Shown piece by piece: positions 1-8,593 of a DNA stretch of 30,801 nt. The position numbers were made by a program, and so were the translations under genes. Where the stretch lies: positions 1 through 30,801 of IMG/VR virus record IMGVR_UViG_3300026907_000015; one strand, 5' to 3'. Origin of the DNA: a virus. Lineage: Duplodnaviria; Caudoviricetes. The notes under the pieces are model-generated. The model was not told the DNA's origin. It did no database searches and was given only the letters and a program-made list of their open reading frames with translations. The first letter of the stretch is position 1. Each line of letters begins with the position of its first letter.

Positions 1-104
1 AAGCGCTCATTCTGGCCGTTGATGGCGTTTCATCAACCTCAGGCGGTTGCGTGCAGGTGTCGCGCGGGTAAGCTGAGGACTTTTGAGCCGACGCGGAGCG
101 CGCC

Positions 105-128
105 ATGCATGAGTTGATCCTTCATCAT
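105..128 (+). pseudogene. Original 5' end of host GST gene, displaced by prophage insertion
   Basis: GGAG RBS then MHELILHH, matching MNDLILHH(YPTSPF...) at the right junction; frame continues into phage DNA to 287. Confidence 0.85.
115..127 (+). repeat. att core, left junction (TGATCCTTCATCA)
   Basis: Identical to 30675-30687; lies in codons 4-8 of the original GST start (ATG at 105, MHELILHH). Confidence 0.93.
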
Positions 129-179
129 CTGGTGCGACTAGTGCGCCCTGGGAAAAGCCCTATAACTCAAAGTTTTTGC

Positions 180-210
180 GGATATTGGTGGATATTGAGG
201 GGCAATATCC
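180..210. promoter_or_regulatory. Three GGATATTG boxes (two direct, one inverted); putative Cox/excisionase sites
   Basis: GGATATTG at 180-187 and 190-197, CAATATCC at 203-210; the 18-mer at 180-197 recurs exactly at 28612-28629. Confidence 0.65.
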
Positions 211-218
211 TGAGCGGC

Positions 219-237
219 TGTGGACGCAATGTGGACA
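219..237 (+). repeat. Integrase arm-type sites, left (TGTGGACG / TGTGGACA)
   Basis: Tandem pair with 11-bp period, mirrored at 30549-30567; matches the P2 Int arm motif TGTGGACA. Confidence 0.8.
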
Positions 238-385
238 CTCGAAACTGCACCGCCTTGCACGCCTCTGCAAATCTTTTCACAGCGTGAAAACCTCACCAGA
301 CCGGCAGGCCCCGCGCCGCTGCTGGCCTAGCGCCCCTGTTTCACTATCCCCACGGTTTGCACGATTTTTCTGCACAAGCCGCGCC

Positions 386-405
386 GGCGGGAGGGGGAAA
401 AGTCC
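386..405 (+). other. Candidate cos site
   Basis: GGCGGGAGGGGGAAAAGTCC resembles P2 cos GGCGAGGCGGGGAAAGCAC; close to att as in HP1-type genomes. Confidence 0.5.
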
Positions 406-483
406 GTTTTGATCCCTCGGTTTTCTGTCGTGCGAGATTTCCCTGCTGAGCCTGTTTGCGTGTGTACTGTGTGTATGAATAGG

Positions 484-519
484 TTGACGGCTCCGTCATC
501 TAGTGTGTATGATACACAC
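484..519 (+). promoter_or_regulatory. hicAB sigma70 promoter with palindromic operator
   Basis: TTGACG (484-489)-N18-TATGAT (508-513); perfect inverted repeat GTGTGTAT-G-ATACACAC (503-519) over the -10. Confidence 0.8.
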
Positions 520-544
520 CACTCAAAGGCAATAAGGAGGCCGG

Positions 545-727
545 ATGCGAAGTAGAGAGGTGATCGAGCTAATCGAGGCGGATGGGTGGTACGAGGTGGC
601 GGTGAAAGGTAGTCATCATCAGTTCAAGCATCCAACCAAGCCAGGCCGGGTGACTGTTCCACACCCAAAGTCAGAGATAGCGGTCGGAACGCTGCACAAC
701 ATACTGAAAAAAGCCGGCCTCAAGTGA
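545..727 (+). CDS. hicA: HicA family toxin (mRNA interferase)
   Basis: 60 aa, GW...KGSHHQFKHP...VTVPHP motif; AAGGAGG RBS. Confidence 0.95.
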   Translation: MRSREVIELIEADGWYEVAVKGSHHQFKHPTKPGRVTVPHPKSEIAVGTLHNILKKAGLK

Positions 728-734
728 GGCCGGC
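707..734 (-). terminator. Hairpin over the hicA stop codon; U-tract on the minus strand
   Basis: GCCGGCCTCA-AG-TGAGGCCGGC preceded by A6. Confidence 0.5.
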
Positions 735-826
735 AACACCTCTCAAGTGACGGCCCGTTGTGTGACTAGGACTGCGCTGTGCAACGCACCGCAGCCCGTT
801 AGATGAATCGTTAGAGGTAAATGAAG

Positions 827-1231
827 ATGAAATTTCCAGTCGTACTGCACAAAGACGCTGATTCGGACTATGGGGTGACTGTGCCCGATGTACCGGGCTG
901 TTTCTCGGCAGGCGCCACTGTCTCGGAGGCTCTGGAAAACGCACAGGAAGCCCTTGCCCTTCACTTTGAAGGCCTGGTTGCTGATGGTGATCCGCTCCCG
1001 CGTGCGCAGGAAGTAGACGCGCATATGGGCAATCCCGACTATGCCGGCGGTGTGTGGGCTGTAGTGGATTTCGATGTGACCCCGTACCTGGGGAAAGCTG
1101 TTCGCTTTAATGCCACCCTGCCGGAAAATCTGCTGCAGCGGATTGATGACATGGTGAAGAAAGACCACCGCTATGCTTCTCGCTCTGGCTTTTTGGCCAC
1201 TGCGGCACTGCGGGAACTGTCGGTGGCATAA
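827..1231 (+). CDS. hicB: HicB family antitoxin with C-terminal ribbon-helix-helix
   Basis: YGVTVPDVPGCFSAG N-domain; NATLPENLLQRID...SRSGFL RHH; GAGGT RBS spacing favours ATG 827 over 821. Confidence 0.95.
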   Translation: MKFPVVLHKDADSDYGVTVPDVPGCFSAGATVSEALENAQEALALHFEGLVADGDPLPRAQEVDAHMGNPDYAGGVWAVVDFDVTPYLGKAVRFNATLPENLLQRIDDMVKKDHRYASRSGFLATAALRELSVA

Positions 1232-1249
1232 GCCGACACTAGAAACGAC

Positions 1250-1274
1250 AAGGGCGCCGATCGGCGCCCTTTTT
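1250..1274 (+). terminator. Rho-independent terminator between hicB and the convergent tail operon
   Basis: AAGGGCGCCGATCGGCGCCCTT palindrome followed by a T-run. Confidence 0.8.
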
Positions 1275-1333
1275 CATTATGCGGTGATGGCTTCAGCTGT
1301 CCTATCAGGGCCAGAGCCTGGGCGCCTTTGTCG

Positions 1334-2287
1334 TTATGCAGTGATAGGTTTCAGCTTGCCCGCCAGTTGCAGGGCTTGGGCCGCTTTGGCGTTGAACTGC
1401 GCCACGTCGCCGAGACTCGGCGCAGGCCCTGGAACATGGGTGTGGGCGGCCAACTGGGTGTTCATGGCCTCCACCAGGTCGATCAGGTCGCACAGCACCT
1501 GCAGGACGTTCACCCCTTGGGAGCCGAGCCAGGTCTGCGGCGCGATGCTGCTGCGGATTCCCTGGATCCTCTCGGCCATATCGCCGCCCACGGTGGTGTT
1601 TAGCTTCTGCCCCACCACCAGGTTCAAGTCGCGGCCGGTGGCCTGGTGCAGATCGTCCACGGCGGCCAGGCTGGCGGATCCACCGGACAGCAGCTTGAGC
1701 GCGCCCAGCGCCTCCACTTTTTTGACCCCACCCACCGTTTCGGTGCTGTGGTCGTCCACCTCCACGGTGGTGCTCTGGTAGTGCTCGGCGTTGTCCAGGG
1801 CCTCCACCTGGCGCTCCACCGCCTCGTCGCGGATCCGCCCATCGGTCTGGCGTAGCCAGTTGCCGTCGGCGTCCACGCGCTGCTGGCAGGCCTCGCTGTG
1901 CTGCCATAGCTGGTCGCCCTTCGGCACCTTCGGCAGGCTCAGGCCGTGCGGCAGGATCTGCGCAATGTACGGCTTGTGGGGCAGGCCGTAGGCGAAGCAC
2001 ACCACCACCGTGGTGCCTTCCTCGGGGAAGCCGAACATGCCAGCCTCCTGGCCGCCCATCGGCGCCGGTAGCGGCAAACTCTCGAGTATCGGCAGATCCG
2101 GATCAGGCTCGCCATCGGGCAGCAGCACTTCGACATCCACGCCGAAGCGCGGGCGGAAGTCGTCGCACAGACCCTGCGCCTCTGGGGCGTCCGGCACCGC
2201 CACCACCCGCCCGAAGCGGGGCAGGTGGTAGCGGCCGGTCAGCTCGGGGAATTGGCGCTCTACAGCGCGGCGGATTGCGTCTTCCAT
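1334..2287 (-). CDS. Baseplate central spike-like protein (gpV/Gp5-like)
   Basis: OB-fold-like N-terminus (FGFPEEGTTVVVCF), beta-helix-like repeats (ETVGG, TTVGG), C-terminal HTH (HxH) metal-binding tip motif. Confidence 0.7.
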   Translation of the reverse strand: MEDAIRRAVERQFPELTGRYHLPRFGRVVAVPDAPEAQGLCDDFRPRFGVDVEVLLPDGEPDPDLPILESLPLPAPMGGQEAGMFGFPEEGTTVVVCFAYGLPHKPYIAQILPHGLSLPKVPKGDQLWQHSEACQQRVDADGNWLRQTDGRIRDEAVERQVEALDNAEHYQSTTVEVDDHSTETVGGVKKVEALGALKLLSGGSASLAAVDDLHQATGRDLNLVVGQKLNTTVGGDMAERIQGIRSSIAPQTWLGSQGVNVLQVLCDLIDLVEAMNTQLAAHTHVPGPAPSLGDVAQFNAKAAQALQLAGKLKPITA

Positions 2288-2964
2288 CGGATGGCCATCT
2301 GCGTGCCGGCGAGGGTCACGGCGGTGACGCGCTCGCCCTGGTTGATTGCTGCGCCGGGGCGAAGGCCTGGAAGGGCCGCCACCATGGCGCTCTGGTTGCC
2401 CTGGTAGCTGTCGAACAGCTCCACCGGCAGGGGCAGCGGGGCACGGGCGCCCCAGAAACTGTCGGCCCAGCTGCCCACGAACACCTCGCCATCGCCCTGC
2501 TGCTGCCAGATGAAGTCGGGGATGCTGAACACCTGGGCTAGGCTGTCCAGGGCCTGGAAGCCGGCGCCGAGGTTGTAGAAGTAGGCGGTTTTGGTGCGGG
2601 CGTAGGCCTTGTCGGGCACGCGGAAGCGCAGCCCGGTGCGGGCGCTGACTTCGGCCAGTACCTGGTGCAGATCCACATGCCGCAGATTCATCGGCAGCGG
2701 TAGGGCCAGCACGCTGGTCAGCTCGCGGCAGAACAGCACCTGCTGCTGGCTGTTGGCGGGCGTGCAGCGCTCCACGTGCCCGATGAAATGGCGTTGCAGG
2801 GCGCGCTCGTTGTAGCCCACGTCCAGGATCACCAAGCCGCTCACGGGCGCCTCGGCGTTGATGGTGAAGCTGGCCCGGCCGGGGCTGCGCAGATCCAGCC
2901 GCACTTCCTCTTTCACCAGCGGGTAAACCTTGCCGGCGACCGTCAGTACCTTGTTCAGCCTCAT
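2260..2964 (-). CDS. Baseplate hub-like tail protein
   Basis: 234 aa, coupled in tail operon; position before the spike as in HP1-like phages. Confidence 0.6.
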   Translation of the reverse strand: MRLNKVLTVAGKVYPLVKEEVRLDLRSPGRASFTINAEAPVSGLVILDVGYNERALQRHFIGHVERCTPANSQQQVLFCRELTSVLALPLPMNLRHVDLHQVLAEVSARTGLRFRVPDKAYARTKTAYFYNLGAGFQALDSLAQVFSIPDFIWQQQGDGEVFVGSWADSFWGARAPLPLPVELFDSYQGNQSAMVAALPGLRPGAAINQGERVTAVTLAGTQMAIRWKTQSAAL

Positions 2965-3503
2965 GCCAGTGCGTCGTCCAGTCGCTGCAGCACCTTCTCG
3001 AAGCCGCTCAGCTCGGCCGGCTGGCTCGCTGTTTCGCTGCCAGATCCATCAGCCGCGGCGGCCACCGCCTGCCCTGGTGCGCTCTGTTGCTTCACCGGGT
3101 TGCCGGGTCGGCGTGTCTCCACGCGCTCGGCGGTGGACAGCTTTTCGGTGAGGCTGAACTGCACACGCCAGGCGGCCAGGGTGTCGTCCTCGCGTGCGCT
3201 CAGGTTGTCGCTGAACTCCACCTGGCGCACGCCGAAGGCCTCGGCCGTGTCGTTGACGATGCGGTACACATGGCGCTGTCCACCGCTCTGGGTGGCCTGG
3301 GCCCAGGCCATCAGCTGGGTGAGATTGGCGCTGTCCTTGTAGGGGATCAGCAGCGAGACCGTCAGCGTCTTGGGCTTGAAGCCCTTGTGCGCCGCCGCCG
3401 TGTTGCTGGTCTGCCCGGATAGATCCTCGGTTTCAATGCGCAGGTTAGCCGTCACCTTCAGGCCCTTGCCGCGCACCTTCTGGCCGTCGAGTAGCAGCGT
3501 CAT
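2961..3503 (-). CDS. Baseplate/tail tube initiator-like protein
   Basis: Start MTLLLDG at 3503 with ATGA overlap; EDLSGQTS...KGFKPK motif typical of HP1-like tail genes. Confidence 0.6.
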   Translation of the reverse strand: MTLLLDGQKVRGKGLKVTANLRIETEDLSGQTSNTAAAHKGFKPKTLTVSLLIPYKDSANLTQLMAWAQATQSGGQRHVYRIVNDTAEAFGVRQVEFSDNLSAREDDTLAAWRVQFSLTEKLSTAERVETRRPGNPVKQQSAPGQAVAAAADGSGSETASQPAELSGFEKVLQRLDDALA

Positions 3504-4423
3504 AGGCCCACCAGTTCCCGAACAAAGCTCAGCCCGTCCAGCGAGCCCACCAGCATCATGCCGGCGCTCAGCACCCACTCATGGCCGGGCGCTTCGCCTT
3601 CCAGCATGCCGGCGCGCAACTGGGCCGGGGTGCCGGGGCCGATCAGGCGGGCGCGTATGGTGTCGTCAGCGGTGCCGCCGGCGAGCAAGGCCTGCAGGTC
3701 GGCCAGCTTCTGGTCGCGTGCCTGCTGCAGGCCTGCCTTGCGCCCTGCCAGGGCGGCCAGATCCGCCATCGGCGAGCTGTCGGCGGCGTAGCCCTCCAGG
3801 ACGGCCAACTGGCCCGCCATGGATTGCTTCGCGGCCTTGGTGATGGTGCAGCGCTCCAGCGGCAGCGCGCCCCAGCGTGGCAGCGGGCCGGCGCTCGGTT
3901 TCTCCCACTTTTCCGCCTCCAGCTTGGACAGGTGCCGGGCGCGCCGTTCGGTGCGCACCAGGTCGGGCACGGGCAGCAGCGCATTGAAGCGCGCCAGGGT
4001 GTCCGCCAACTGGTCGTAGCGGGTGGCCAGGAACAGGATCGACAGCGCGTACTGGGGGCCAGCAGGGCGCCCGCCGTCGGCGTTGTCCACCAGCTTGTCG
4101 GCCAGGTGTTGCAGCAGGTTGGGGGCGGACAGAAAGCGCTGGTGGCCACGTCCTTGGCCGATGCCGCTCTGGAATGGGGTCACAGCCAGGCAAGCAGGTG
4201 CCTCGCCGAGCTGAGCGGCCAGCGCTGCGCGCCCGGCTGCGATGGCGCCTTGGGCGGCACTGCCGACCGGGCCGGGGTTGGTGGTGGCCAGGCCGTCCAG
4301 GCCCGCCAGGCGGGTGGCGGTGCTGGCCAGCTCGCCGCCGGCCAGATCCTTGGCCGCTGCCAGCTCGCCCATCCACTGGGTAGCCTGCTCGGGCCAGCGC
4401 ATGGTCACGGGCGCCCAGGTCAC
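3500..4423 (-). CDS. Conserved HP1-like tail region protein
   Basis: 307 aa, ATGA-coupled to both neighbours. Confidence 0.65.
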   Translation of the reverse strand: MTWAPVTMRWPEQATQWMGELAAAKDLAGGELASTATRLAGLDGLATTNPGPVGSAAQGAIAAGRAALAAQLGEAPACLAVTPFQSGIGQGRGHQRFLSAPNLLQHLADKLVDNADGGRPAGPQYALSILFLATRYDQLADTLARFNALLPVPDLVRTERRARHLSKLEAEKWEKPSAGPLPRWGALPLERCTITKAAKQSMAGQLAVLEGYAADSSPMADLAALAGRKAGLQQARDQKLADLQALLAGGTADDTIRARLIGPGTPAQLRAGMLEGEAPGHEWVLSAGMMLVGSLDGLSFVRELVGL

Positions 4424-4983
4424 GATCCGGCACCCTCCCAGGTGATGGCCAGCATGGCCTCGGCGTCACCGGCCGCCAGTGCCAGATCCAGCTGCTGTTT
4501 CAGCTCGTTGGCGTGCTGCAGCAGCTGCAGCTTGTACAGGGTGAAGTCGTCGCCCACTTGGCGCAGCTGCTCGGCGGTGTGCAGGCGAAAGGCTTTCACG
4601 CCCTGCTCGTCGCGGCAGGCGTAGGGCATATCCAGCCCGCGCAGGATCGCGCCGGTCAGGTTCAACTGGTCGTCCAGTTCGCTGCTGTACTGGTGGGGTG
4701 CGCCCAGGGCTGCAGACTGGAAGCCGGCGGTGATGGCAGCATCACAAACGTTGTTAATTGCAGTCGTGGCAGAAGAATGCAGCTTCTCAATGGACGGCAT
4801 GGCGATGTCGATTAGCGCAGGTTGTCCAGCCTGGTTTAAGCCAATCCGTTTACCTTGCGGCACAGGGGTTAGGGCAAGCTGTGCGTAGGTATCCTGTGAG
4901 ATTGCTATGGCGTCGTCGGGAATGTCGTTATTCAAACCGGTGAGGTAGAAGCCACCGGTCGTTGGTGCAAAGTAGAAGTCCAT
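4420..4983 (-). CDS. Tail fibre assembly protein (DUF4376-like C-terminus)
   Basis: YFAPTTGGFY...IPDDAIAIS N-terminus; ALGAPHQYSSELDDQLNL motif; directly after fibre; GAGG RBS before ATG 4983. Confidence 0.8.
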   Translation of the reverse strand: MDFYFAPTTGGFYLTGLNNDIPDDAIAISQDTYAQLALTPVPQGKRIGLNQAGQPALIDIAMPSIEKLHSSATTAINNVCDAAITAGFQSAALGAPHQYSSELDDQLNLTGAILRGLDMPYACRDEQGVKAFRLHTAEQLRQVGDDFTLYKLQLLQHANELKQQLDLALAAGDAEAMLAITWEGAGS

Positions 4984-4996
4984 GGGGATCCTCGCT

Positions 4997-6580
4997 CTAG
5001 CGGCCAAAAGCCAGGTAAGTGGGCTTAACGTAGTGGGCGGACACGTTGGAGGATTCTTGTTTGAAGGTCGCGCTATTTAGGGTCTTCGCTGTACAGATGT
5101 AGTGGGCATCATCTGTGGCTCCGGTCGAAGTCGTACCCGTAATCACTTGAAAGCATGCCGAGGGAAAGGTGAGCGGGAAAGTCACTGTCTGCGTCGAGTC
5201 AGTAACTGTGTTCACGCTGCCTTCTCCCCACTGGATGATCAGCCCGCCCAACCAACTGGGGAAAACAATGTAGCCATTGGTTGTCAGGCTGATAAGGAAG
5301 CCCCATCTCAGCTTTTTAGGCGTGATGTATGCCGTGTCATCGGCGCCGGCATCGGTCTGCACCTGCGTCGCCACCTTGGCGCCGCCAGCCACAGCCTCGG
5401 TGGCCTGAGTCGCTGCCGTGTTAATCGTCAGATTGCCGGATCCGTCGAAACTGCCTGATCCAGTGACAGCCCCTGACAGGCCAATCGTTCGGGCTGTGGC
5501 CAGCTTCGCAGCCTTGCCCACGGTGGTGGCCCCTGAAACGACGTTGGCGATGGCCGTCCAGATCAGTGCCGTGGCGGCCTTCACCGCCTTGGTGGTCGCC
5601 AGGATCAGGCTGCTGTCGGTGTTCTCGTCGTCGCTCTTGGCGTTTGGCAGGTTGCCCAGGCCCACGTCGTCCTTGGTGGTCGAACGGGCGCGCAGGCCGG
5701 CGTAGTCGCCCACACGGGCGGCGAAGTGCGCCACCAGTGGGCCGGCGATGTTCTCCACCGGGCGGCTGTCGGTGATGGTGCTGCTGCTCGGCAGATCCGC
5801 GATGGCCACGCAGTAGTGCTGCACGCCGGCACTGTCCAGGTAATCGACCTTTCCCGCGCCCCAGACCACGCTCCAGGACGCCACCACGTCGCTCAGCTCG
5901 CGCTGTAGGGCCACGTCCAGCCAGGCGGTGGTGGGGAATGCCGGCGGCACCACAGGCAGCGCCGCAGAGCGCTGCAGGCGCACGCCTTCCACGTAGGCAG
6001 TGCCCGGCTTGAGCTGATACGCCGCGCCCACTTTCTCCAGTTGCAGCGCGCTGCCAAAGAAGCACGCCCGGCCGAAGATGTCGCGGTTGCTCTGGCGCTC
6101 GCGCTCGTCGATGCCGGCCAGGCGCACGGTGAAGTCGTGCTGCCAGGTGCTGGCGTCGATGGTCAGGCCGGTCAGCGCCTGGGCGCCGTCGAACACCACC
6201 AAGAAGTTGCGGGTGACGTTGTTCCCCAGCTGCAGCGGCGGGATGTTGCGGCGTTTCTGCTGGGTGGGCACGTAGGCCACCATCAACAGCACGTTCTCGG
6301 CGGTTTCCAGGCCGATCCAGTTCCAGTCGAAGTCGCCGATGTCGCTGCCCAGCATCAGGCTGTACACCACCTGGTTGGGGTTCACGTAGCCCGCCTGGGT
6401 CACGTCGTAGGTGCCGACAATCTGCCCGGCGGCAGGCTTGCCGGCGGCGCGATCCACCGGCCCGTTCGGGTCGAGGCCTGGCACGTTGGCCAGGATGAAG
6501 CGGGACACGGTGAGGATCTGCTGCGCGCCTTGTTTCTGCGCGATCAGGCTTTCACCGGCAAGGGTAATACTGGCACCCAT
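4997..6580 (-). CDS. Tail fibre protein
   Basis: N-terminal collar-type domain (IGDFDWNWIGL), KDDVGLGN and LATTKAVK fibre motifs, C-terminal NGYIVFP...LIIQWG domain. Confidence 0.92.
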   Translation of the reverse strand: MGASITLAGESLIAQKQGAQQILTVSRFILANVPGLDPNGPVDRAAGKPAAGQIVGTYDVTQAGYVNPNQVVYSLMLGSDIGDFDWNWIGLETAENVLLMVAYVPTQQKRRNIPPLQLGNNVTRNFLVVFDGAQALTGLTIDASTWQHDFTVRLAGIDERERQSNRDIFGRACFFGSALQLEKVGAAYQLKPGTAYVEGVRLQRSAALPVVPPAFPTTAWLDVALQRELSDVVASWSVVWGAGKVDYLDSAGVQHYCVAIADLPSSSTITDSRPVENIAGPLVAHFAARVGDYAGLRARSTTKDDVGLGNLPNAKSDDENTDSSLILATTKAVKAATALIWTAIANVVSGATTVGKAAKLATARTIGLSGAVTGSGSFDGSGNLTINTAATQATEAVAGGAKVATQVQTDAGADDTAYITPKKLRWGFLISLTTNGYIVFPSWLGGLIIQWGEGSVNTVTDSTQTVTFPLTFPSACFQVITGTTSTGATDDAHYICTAKTLNSATFKQESSNVSAHYVKPTYLAFGR

Positions 6581-6589
6581 GGGGTTCTC

Positions 6590-7114
6590 CTACAGGCTGG
6601 CGACCAGCGTCTGCTGGTCGTCGTTAAAATCGACAGCGAGCACGCGCAGCGTCACCGGCGTGATGGTCACGAAGTCATAGCGGCGGCAGGTGCGGCCGTA
6701 CTGCTGAATCAGCACGCGCAGCAGCTCGGGGTTCTCGGCCAACTGGGTGTTGCTCAACTGCAGCAGCACCACGTCCCAATCGCGGTCGGGGTGGCGCTCC
6801 TCGATCTCCACGTAGCCCACGCCCAGGCGCTGCAGGATGCGCTTCATGCCAGCGGTGCTGCCGGCGTCCACGGCGTTGATGAAGGCGTACTTCACGCGCA
6901 GGCGGTAAAGCGCCTCGGGCTCCCCCTTGAAGCGCGTGATGTCGCGCTGCCAGGCCATCAGATCCAGGATGGTCAGGTGGCAGGTGTCGGCGTCCATCTG
7001 CAGCAGCGGCCAGCGCAGCCAGCCCTCCACCTTTGTCCACCAGGCTTGCGCGGCGGCCTTGAGCTTCGCCAGCTCGGGGCCGTCCAGCCAGAAAGGCAGG
7101 CCGAGCTTAATCAT
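6590..7114 (-). CDS. Baseplate wedge / tail protein I-like
   Basis: LDLMAWQRDI motif; located between J-like gene and fibre. Confidence 0.8.
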   Translation of the reverse strand: MIKLGLPFWLDGPELAKLKAAAQAWWTKVEGWLRWPLLQMDADTCHLTILDLMAWQRDITRFKGEPEALYRLRVKYAFINAVDAGSTAGMKRILQRLGVGYVEIEERHPDRDWDVVLLQLSNTQLAENPELLRVLIQQYGRTCRRYDFVTITPVTLRVLAVDFNDDQQTLVASL

Positions 7115-8279
7115 GCGGCACCACCTGCAGGCTCTGGATCCGGGGGATGGTCAGTTCCGACACGATGTCGGCGTTGGTGAAGCGCAGCGACTCGATGCCG
7201 GCGAACTGTTGGTGCAGTTCCTCGCCCAGGCGGCTGAACGAAAAGCGCGACTGCGGATAGGTCTGGGTCGGCTGGTAGTCGGTCGTAGTGCTCTCGCGGA
7301 ACGCGGCGCGCACGAACAGCTCGATGTTCGTCAGCAGGGTCTGGCGTTGCTCGGAGGTCAGCGTCGAACGGGGCCACACGTCCAGCTGGATGGCGTGCAG
7401 GGTCTCGGGCATCTCCATCACCAGCAGATCGTCGCCGTGGCCATGGTTTCCCTGGTCGCGGATGTGCGCGTTGATCTGTTCCAGGTAGGTGGCTGCCGGC
7501 ACGTCCGCCTCGAACAGCACGTAGGCATTGGCGCTGCCAGGGCCGCGCGGCGCCCCATGCAGGAAGTAGACGCCATCGGGGCGCACACCAGGGAAGGCCG
7601 TGATCATGGCGCGATACACCGCGTCGGTGTGCCACTGGTTGACCGCCGAAAACTGGTTGCGCACGCGCAGCCGCAGCTCGTTGTCGGCCTCTGGATCCGC
7701 GCCTGGGCTGGTCAGCCAGCCGTCGGCGTTCACTACCTGGGCGATGCCCGGCACGGGCTCCGGCAGGATGGCGTAGTAACCGGGCGCCAGGTTGTAGCCG
7801 CTGCCGGTGTCCACCGCCTCCACGGGGATCTCCAGCTGCATAGCGCCATCGGTGAACTGGCCCACGGCGGTGGTCACCAACTGGTAGATGTGCCCGTTGA
7901 TTGAAGCGGACTGCACCACCGTGCCGGCGGGCACCTCCAGGGTGCCACCGGCGGCCAGGCGCGTGAACAGCAGCACGCCCTTGGCTTTGGTCGCGCCCTT
8001 GCGCTCCACGTTCACCGCCCAGGCCAGCATGTCCAGCCAGGCACCGGTGGCGGTCTTCACAAAGAAGTTGGGCAGCACGGTGCCGCTGATAAAGGTGATC
8101 AGCCATAGCACGGGCTTGGTCACCAGGGCGGTGACGATGCGCCAGAACGGCGAATAGGCGCTGGTGTTGCTCAGCGCGCTGCCCTGGGCGACCACTTCAC
8201 TTTCCCAGGCCTGGCGCAGCCCTTCCTCGGTGGTCGGAATGCCGGCGTCACTGAGCGCCTGCTTAAAATCTACGGTCAC
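7107..8279 (-). CDS. Baseplate J/gp47 family protein
   Basis: ATGAWLD...W, G.D.E.D.ELR.R and PRGPGSA motifs. Confidence 0.9.
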   Translation of the reverse strand: MTVDFKQALSDAGIPTTEEGLRQAWESEVVAQGSALSNTSAYSPFWRIVTALVTKPVLWLITFISGTVLPNFFVKTATGAWLDMLAWAVNVERKGATKAKGVLLFTRLAAGGTLEVPAGTVVQSASINGHIYQLVTTAVGQFTDGAMQLEIPVEAVDTGSGYNLAPGYYAILPEPVPGIAQVVNADGWLTSPGADPEADNELRLRVRNQFSAVNQWHTDAVYRAMITAFPGVRPDGVYFLHGAPRGPGSANAYVLFEADVPAATYLEQINAHIRDQGNHGHGDDLLVMEMPETLHAIQLDVWPRSTLTSEQRQTLLTNIELFVRAAFRESTTTDYQPTQTYPQSRFSFSRLGEELHQQFAGIESLRFTNADIVSELTIPRIQSLQVVPHD

Positions 8280-8593
8280 AGGGTCACCTCAATGGCTCCA
8301 AATTCAACTGTGCGCGCGGTCACCAGGTACTGGCCGGCGTCCACCTCGCGGATTTTCGCGGTGCCCGGCACCAGGCGTTCGTCGGCCTCCACCAACAGCT
8401 CCAGCTGCTGGATACAGTCGCGCTGCCGCAGGCGGTCGCGCTCGGCCACCAGGGTGACCAGCAGGCCGCTCTCGCGGATCATGTGGGCGATGTCCTGGGC
8501 GATGCTCGCGCGGTCGTCCACCAGCAGCGGCTGGCGGCCCAGATCCAGGGCCAGGTCGTTGTCCTGGATCAGCAGATCGATGTAGAGGGTCAT
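8276..8593 (-). CDS. DUF2590 family baseplate protein (gpW/gp25-like)
   Basis: SIAQDIAHMIRESGL...VEADERLVPGT motif. Confidence 0.8.
   Translation of the reverse strand: MTLYIDLLIQDNDLALDLGRQPLLVDDRASIAQDIAHMIRESGLLVTLVAERDRLRQRDCIQQLELLVEADERLVPGTAKIREVDAGQYLVTARTVEFGAIEVTL

Noticed and set aside
1..10. Possible start of a divergent host gene (CAT at 8-10)
   Set aside because: Only three codons are visible and there is no clear RBS
165..177. IHF-like site ACTCAAAGTTTTT in the att arm
   Set aside because: Two mismatches to WATCAANNNNTTR; plausible by position but not supportable alone
105..287. 60-aa ORF as a genuine gene
   Set aside because: Chimera of eight GST codons and att-arm DNA full of binding sites; no protein-like features
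4420..6580. Diversity-generating retroelement or invertible tail-fibre cassette
   Set aside because: No reverse transcriptase, invertase, template repeat or second fibre tip seen
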